NCBI RefSeq assembly: GCF_006345805.1
Contig: NW_021827600.1
Coordinates: forward strand, 1 to 10,233
Direction of reading: 5' to 3'
Source of the DNA: Octopus sinensis
Taxonomy: Eukaryota
DNA: 10,233 bases
Within the stretch, counting starts at the first letter, position 1. Every line of letters starts with the position of its first letter. Made by a program: the position numbers and the translations under genes. Below are positions 7,900-10,233 of this stretch, piece by piece. The notes under the pieces are model-generated. The model had not been told where the DNA came from. It did not search any database and worked only from the letters and a program-made list of their open reading frames with translations.

Positions 7900-7943
<44 letters not shown>
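7900..7943. repeat. (TAT)n trinucleotide microsatellite
   Basis: Pure tat array. Confidence 0.95.
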
Positions 7944-7944
<1 letters not shown>

Positions 7945-8761
7945 TTCGTTGCTGTTCAGCAGCAGATTTTCCCCCTGTTTGAACTTACTTATGAAAACGA
8001 CGTTTCAGACATGACCATTCCGTTTATTATTCTGGTTTAGTATATCTGGGGCTTCATCGGTCGTTCTGTATTTCTCTTCGTTGTTTTAAGGCGTTAGGCT
8101 GTGATGTGAGGATCGTTTAGCTACAGTTTCTGTAAATTATCACGACACATTGAGTTCTCTCCCTTTCGGTTAGAGCTCTTAACGCCCCAAGTTCCTTGAA
8201 TGCTTGTAACAGTCATGGTGTGATGTGATGGTTTCTCTGGTGACAGTCAATTTGTAATATTGGAAATCTTTTGTGGCAGAAATATGGCATTTGTGTTTGG
8301 TAAACTGTGGTAGCTATGAAGATGAAGAGGAAGAGGATGATAAATCTATTCAAGCGTCATTGCGGAAGAGAAGTGGGAAGAGCAATAATGTATTTTATGA
8401 AAAATAATCCAGAGGCTATTGCCATCTCATTCGCCAGTCAATGTCTGTCTATCTATAGCAAGGATGGCACTTATGAATGACGACGCCACCTTGAACATAA
8501 TCCTATGAACCCGGAAAAATTTAAAACAGAGGGTTACCTACTTGCAAACAAATGTTTTAACAGGTGACATTATTGACCGAGGTTACCGTGGTCTTTTCCG
8601 TAGGCTTTACTTTCCACGGATACACCCTATCTGCTTCCCCCTTTACACTTTACATCATGACATTTCTGTGATACACGATCCCTATTGATCGTTTTTTTCT
8701 GTTCTTTCCTTTTTCTTTTTTTTCTTTTCTTCTTTTCTCCCAAAAAGAAAAGCTCTACTTT

Positions 8762-8810
8762 GTAATCTGTCCCGTCTGTGTGCAGCCCTGTGTGGCTAAT
8801 AAAGAAACAT
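8762..8810 (+). mobile_element. Short 3'-terminal SINE fragment
   Basis: aatctgtcccgtctgtgtgcagccctgtgtggctaataaagaaa resembles, from recall, a cephalopod SINE 3' end and runs directly into (CTAT)n. Confidence 0.35.
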
Positions 8811-8816
8811 ATCTAT

Positions 8817-8883
<67 letters not shown>

Positions 8884-8884
8884 C

Positions 8885-8965
<81 letters not shown>
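8811..8965. repeat. (CTAT)n tetranucleotide microsatellite
   Basis: Long, near-pure ctat array with single interruptions. Confidence 0.97.
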
Positions 8966-8966
<1 letters not shown>

Positions 8967-9008
8967 GTCTATATCTATATCTATATACTCATGTATTTGT
9001 ATATATAT

Positions 9009-9200
9009 CTTTTACTTGTTTCAGTCATTTGACTGTGGCCATGCTGGAGCACCGCCTTTTAGTCGAGCAAATCGAGCCCCAGGACTTATTCTTTGTAAGC
9101 CTAGTACTTACTCTATCGGTCTGTTTTGCCGAACCGCTAAGGTACGAGGACGTAAACACACCAGTATCGGTTGTCAAGCGATGTTGGGGGGACAAACACA
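9009..9200 (-). mobile_element. 3' half of a SINE, 5'-truncated at an internal microsatellite
   Basis: The minus strand ends ...ggcggtgctccagcatggccacagtcaaatgactgaaacaagtaaaag with a CAGTCA/TGACTG hairpin (9022-9035). It carries a central module resembling 7501-7551. Matches a very common octopus SINE from recall; no tRNA head is found beyond 9420. Confidence 0.8.
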
Positions 9201-9277
9201 TACACACACACACATACATACATATATATATATATACATATATATATGTATATGCATATACGTATATATATATACAT

Positions 9278-9312
<35 letters not shown>

Positions 9313-9386
9313 CATACATACATATATACATACATACATACATATATATGTATGTATGTATGTATATACATACATACATACATACA

Positions 9387-9420
<34 letters not shown>
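9198..9420. repeat. (CA)/(TA)/(TACA)n compound microsatellite
   Basis: Simple repeat arrays. Confidence 0.95.
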
Positions 9421-9423
<3 letters not shown>

Positions 9424-10095
9424 ATTTCAAAAGCCACCATGCAGCTCATTTCTAGACCATCTCAGCCACATGTTCAGGATAAAGGTATATTATTAATATA
9501 TTGCTGTTCCTTGATAGTAGACAGTCTATGTATTTCTGTAGATGTCTAATCCACTAACGCTGAAATAAAGACTTGAACAATATATACTAGATGCAAGTGT
9601 AAATACACACTTAACTGATAGTATATAACTCAAGTGGTCGATAATGCAAACAGACCGGTTGTGTCTAACCAATCACATTGGCTATGCCAATGGTAAACAA
9701 GAAACAACGGGCACCAACTTACCACCATCTTGAAGCTGAGACTACGAAGATTTAAAAATTTCGATGATGGAGTTCAGAAACTTACAGTTCCGAACAAACT
9801 GCAAGGAATGCACATAAGAATATGACAAAAACTGCAGAAGAAAAACCACTAGAAAACAGTCGGGTTTTTAATATACGTATTTATGAGAAAAGCCTGTTCC
9901 TCATATAGATGTATCATTATATCCATATATACAAATATACAAACATATATATACATATATTCATATATATATATATATAAATTTAAAGTGAGGGTGAACA
10001 ATTAGATATTAATTTAATTGACATCAATTTCACACCAGTGGTCTAGCATATAATAAAAACTGAAGGTTCAGTAAAATTGTATTATATACATATTA

Positions 10096-10233
10096 GAGTG
10101 AAACCTCTATGTGGACATCCTTATGCTAGAAATAGATCCGCTATGGTCTTTTGCAAACTTTTTCTTGAGAATATTTCTTAGTGGTAAGACATAGCGGATC
10201 TATTTCTACCATAAGGGTGTCCACATAGTGGTT
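10096..10233. mobile_element. MITE with long terminal inverted repeats, probably Tc1/mariner-pogo type; right end cut off by the window
   Basis: 44-bp arms at 10102-10145 and 10190-10233 with 3 mismatches. The left end reads TA|GAGTGAAACC, close to the TA|CAGT start typical of pogo/Tigger-like TIRs. Confidence 0.75.

Noticed and set aside
8780-9496. Longest ORF (238 aa) and the overlapping ORFs
   Set aside because: Translation of (CTAT)n, an antisense SINE body and (TA/TACA)n; low-complexity [12 protein letters not shown] runs and no domain.
9669-9691. Three CCAAT boxes within 23 bp
   Set aside because: The spacing is too tight for NF-Y arrays, and there is no TSS or CpG-island context.
1-10233. 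CRISPR array, rRNA, or prokaryotic operon/defence system
   Set aside because: No repeat-spacer periodicity, no rRNA similarity and no coding density; the composition is eukaryotic intergenic or intronic.

Overview
AT-rich eukaryotic non-coding DNA with no credible protein-coding gene. All long ORFs in the track are translations of microsatellites. Roughly half the window is (TA)n, (TATG)n, (CTAT)n, (TAT)n, (GAT)n or (GA)n repeat. The islands between these tracts are mostly interspersed-repeat relics: a full-length tRNA-derived SINE (1491-1800, -), a 5'-truncated CORE-type SINE (2631-2886, +), a diverged SINE (about 7370-7605, +), a SINE 3' half (9009-9200, -), and several inverted-repeat/MITE-like elements (123-511, 672-798, 10096-10233). 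From recall, not from a search, the SINE families and the microsatellite landscape resemble octopus/cephalopod genomic DNA. The most interesting signal is a set of type I minimal hammerhead-ribozyme motifs with palindromic stem III. The best two are at 2488-2581 and 4031-4098, with degenerate copies at 1914-2095, 735-778 and 7991-8064. They lie in short non-coding islands between (TA)n tracts, which suggests non-autonomous Penelope-like/retrozyme-type elements. There is also a perfect 24-bp-arm palindrome (3563-3619) and a speculative 36-nt micro-exon encoding a GDIIDRG metallophosphoesterase-like motif (8564-8599).
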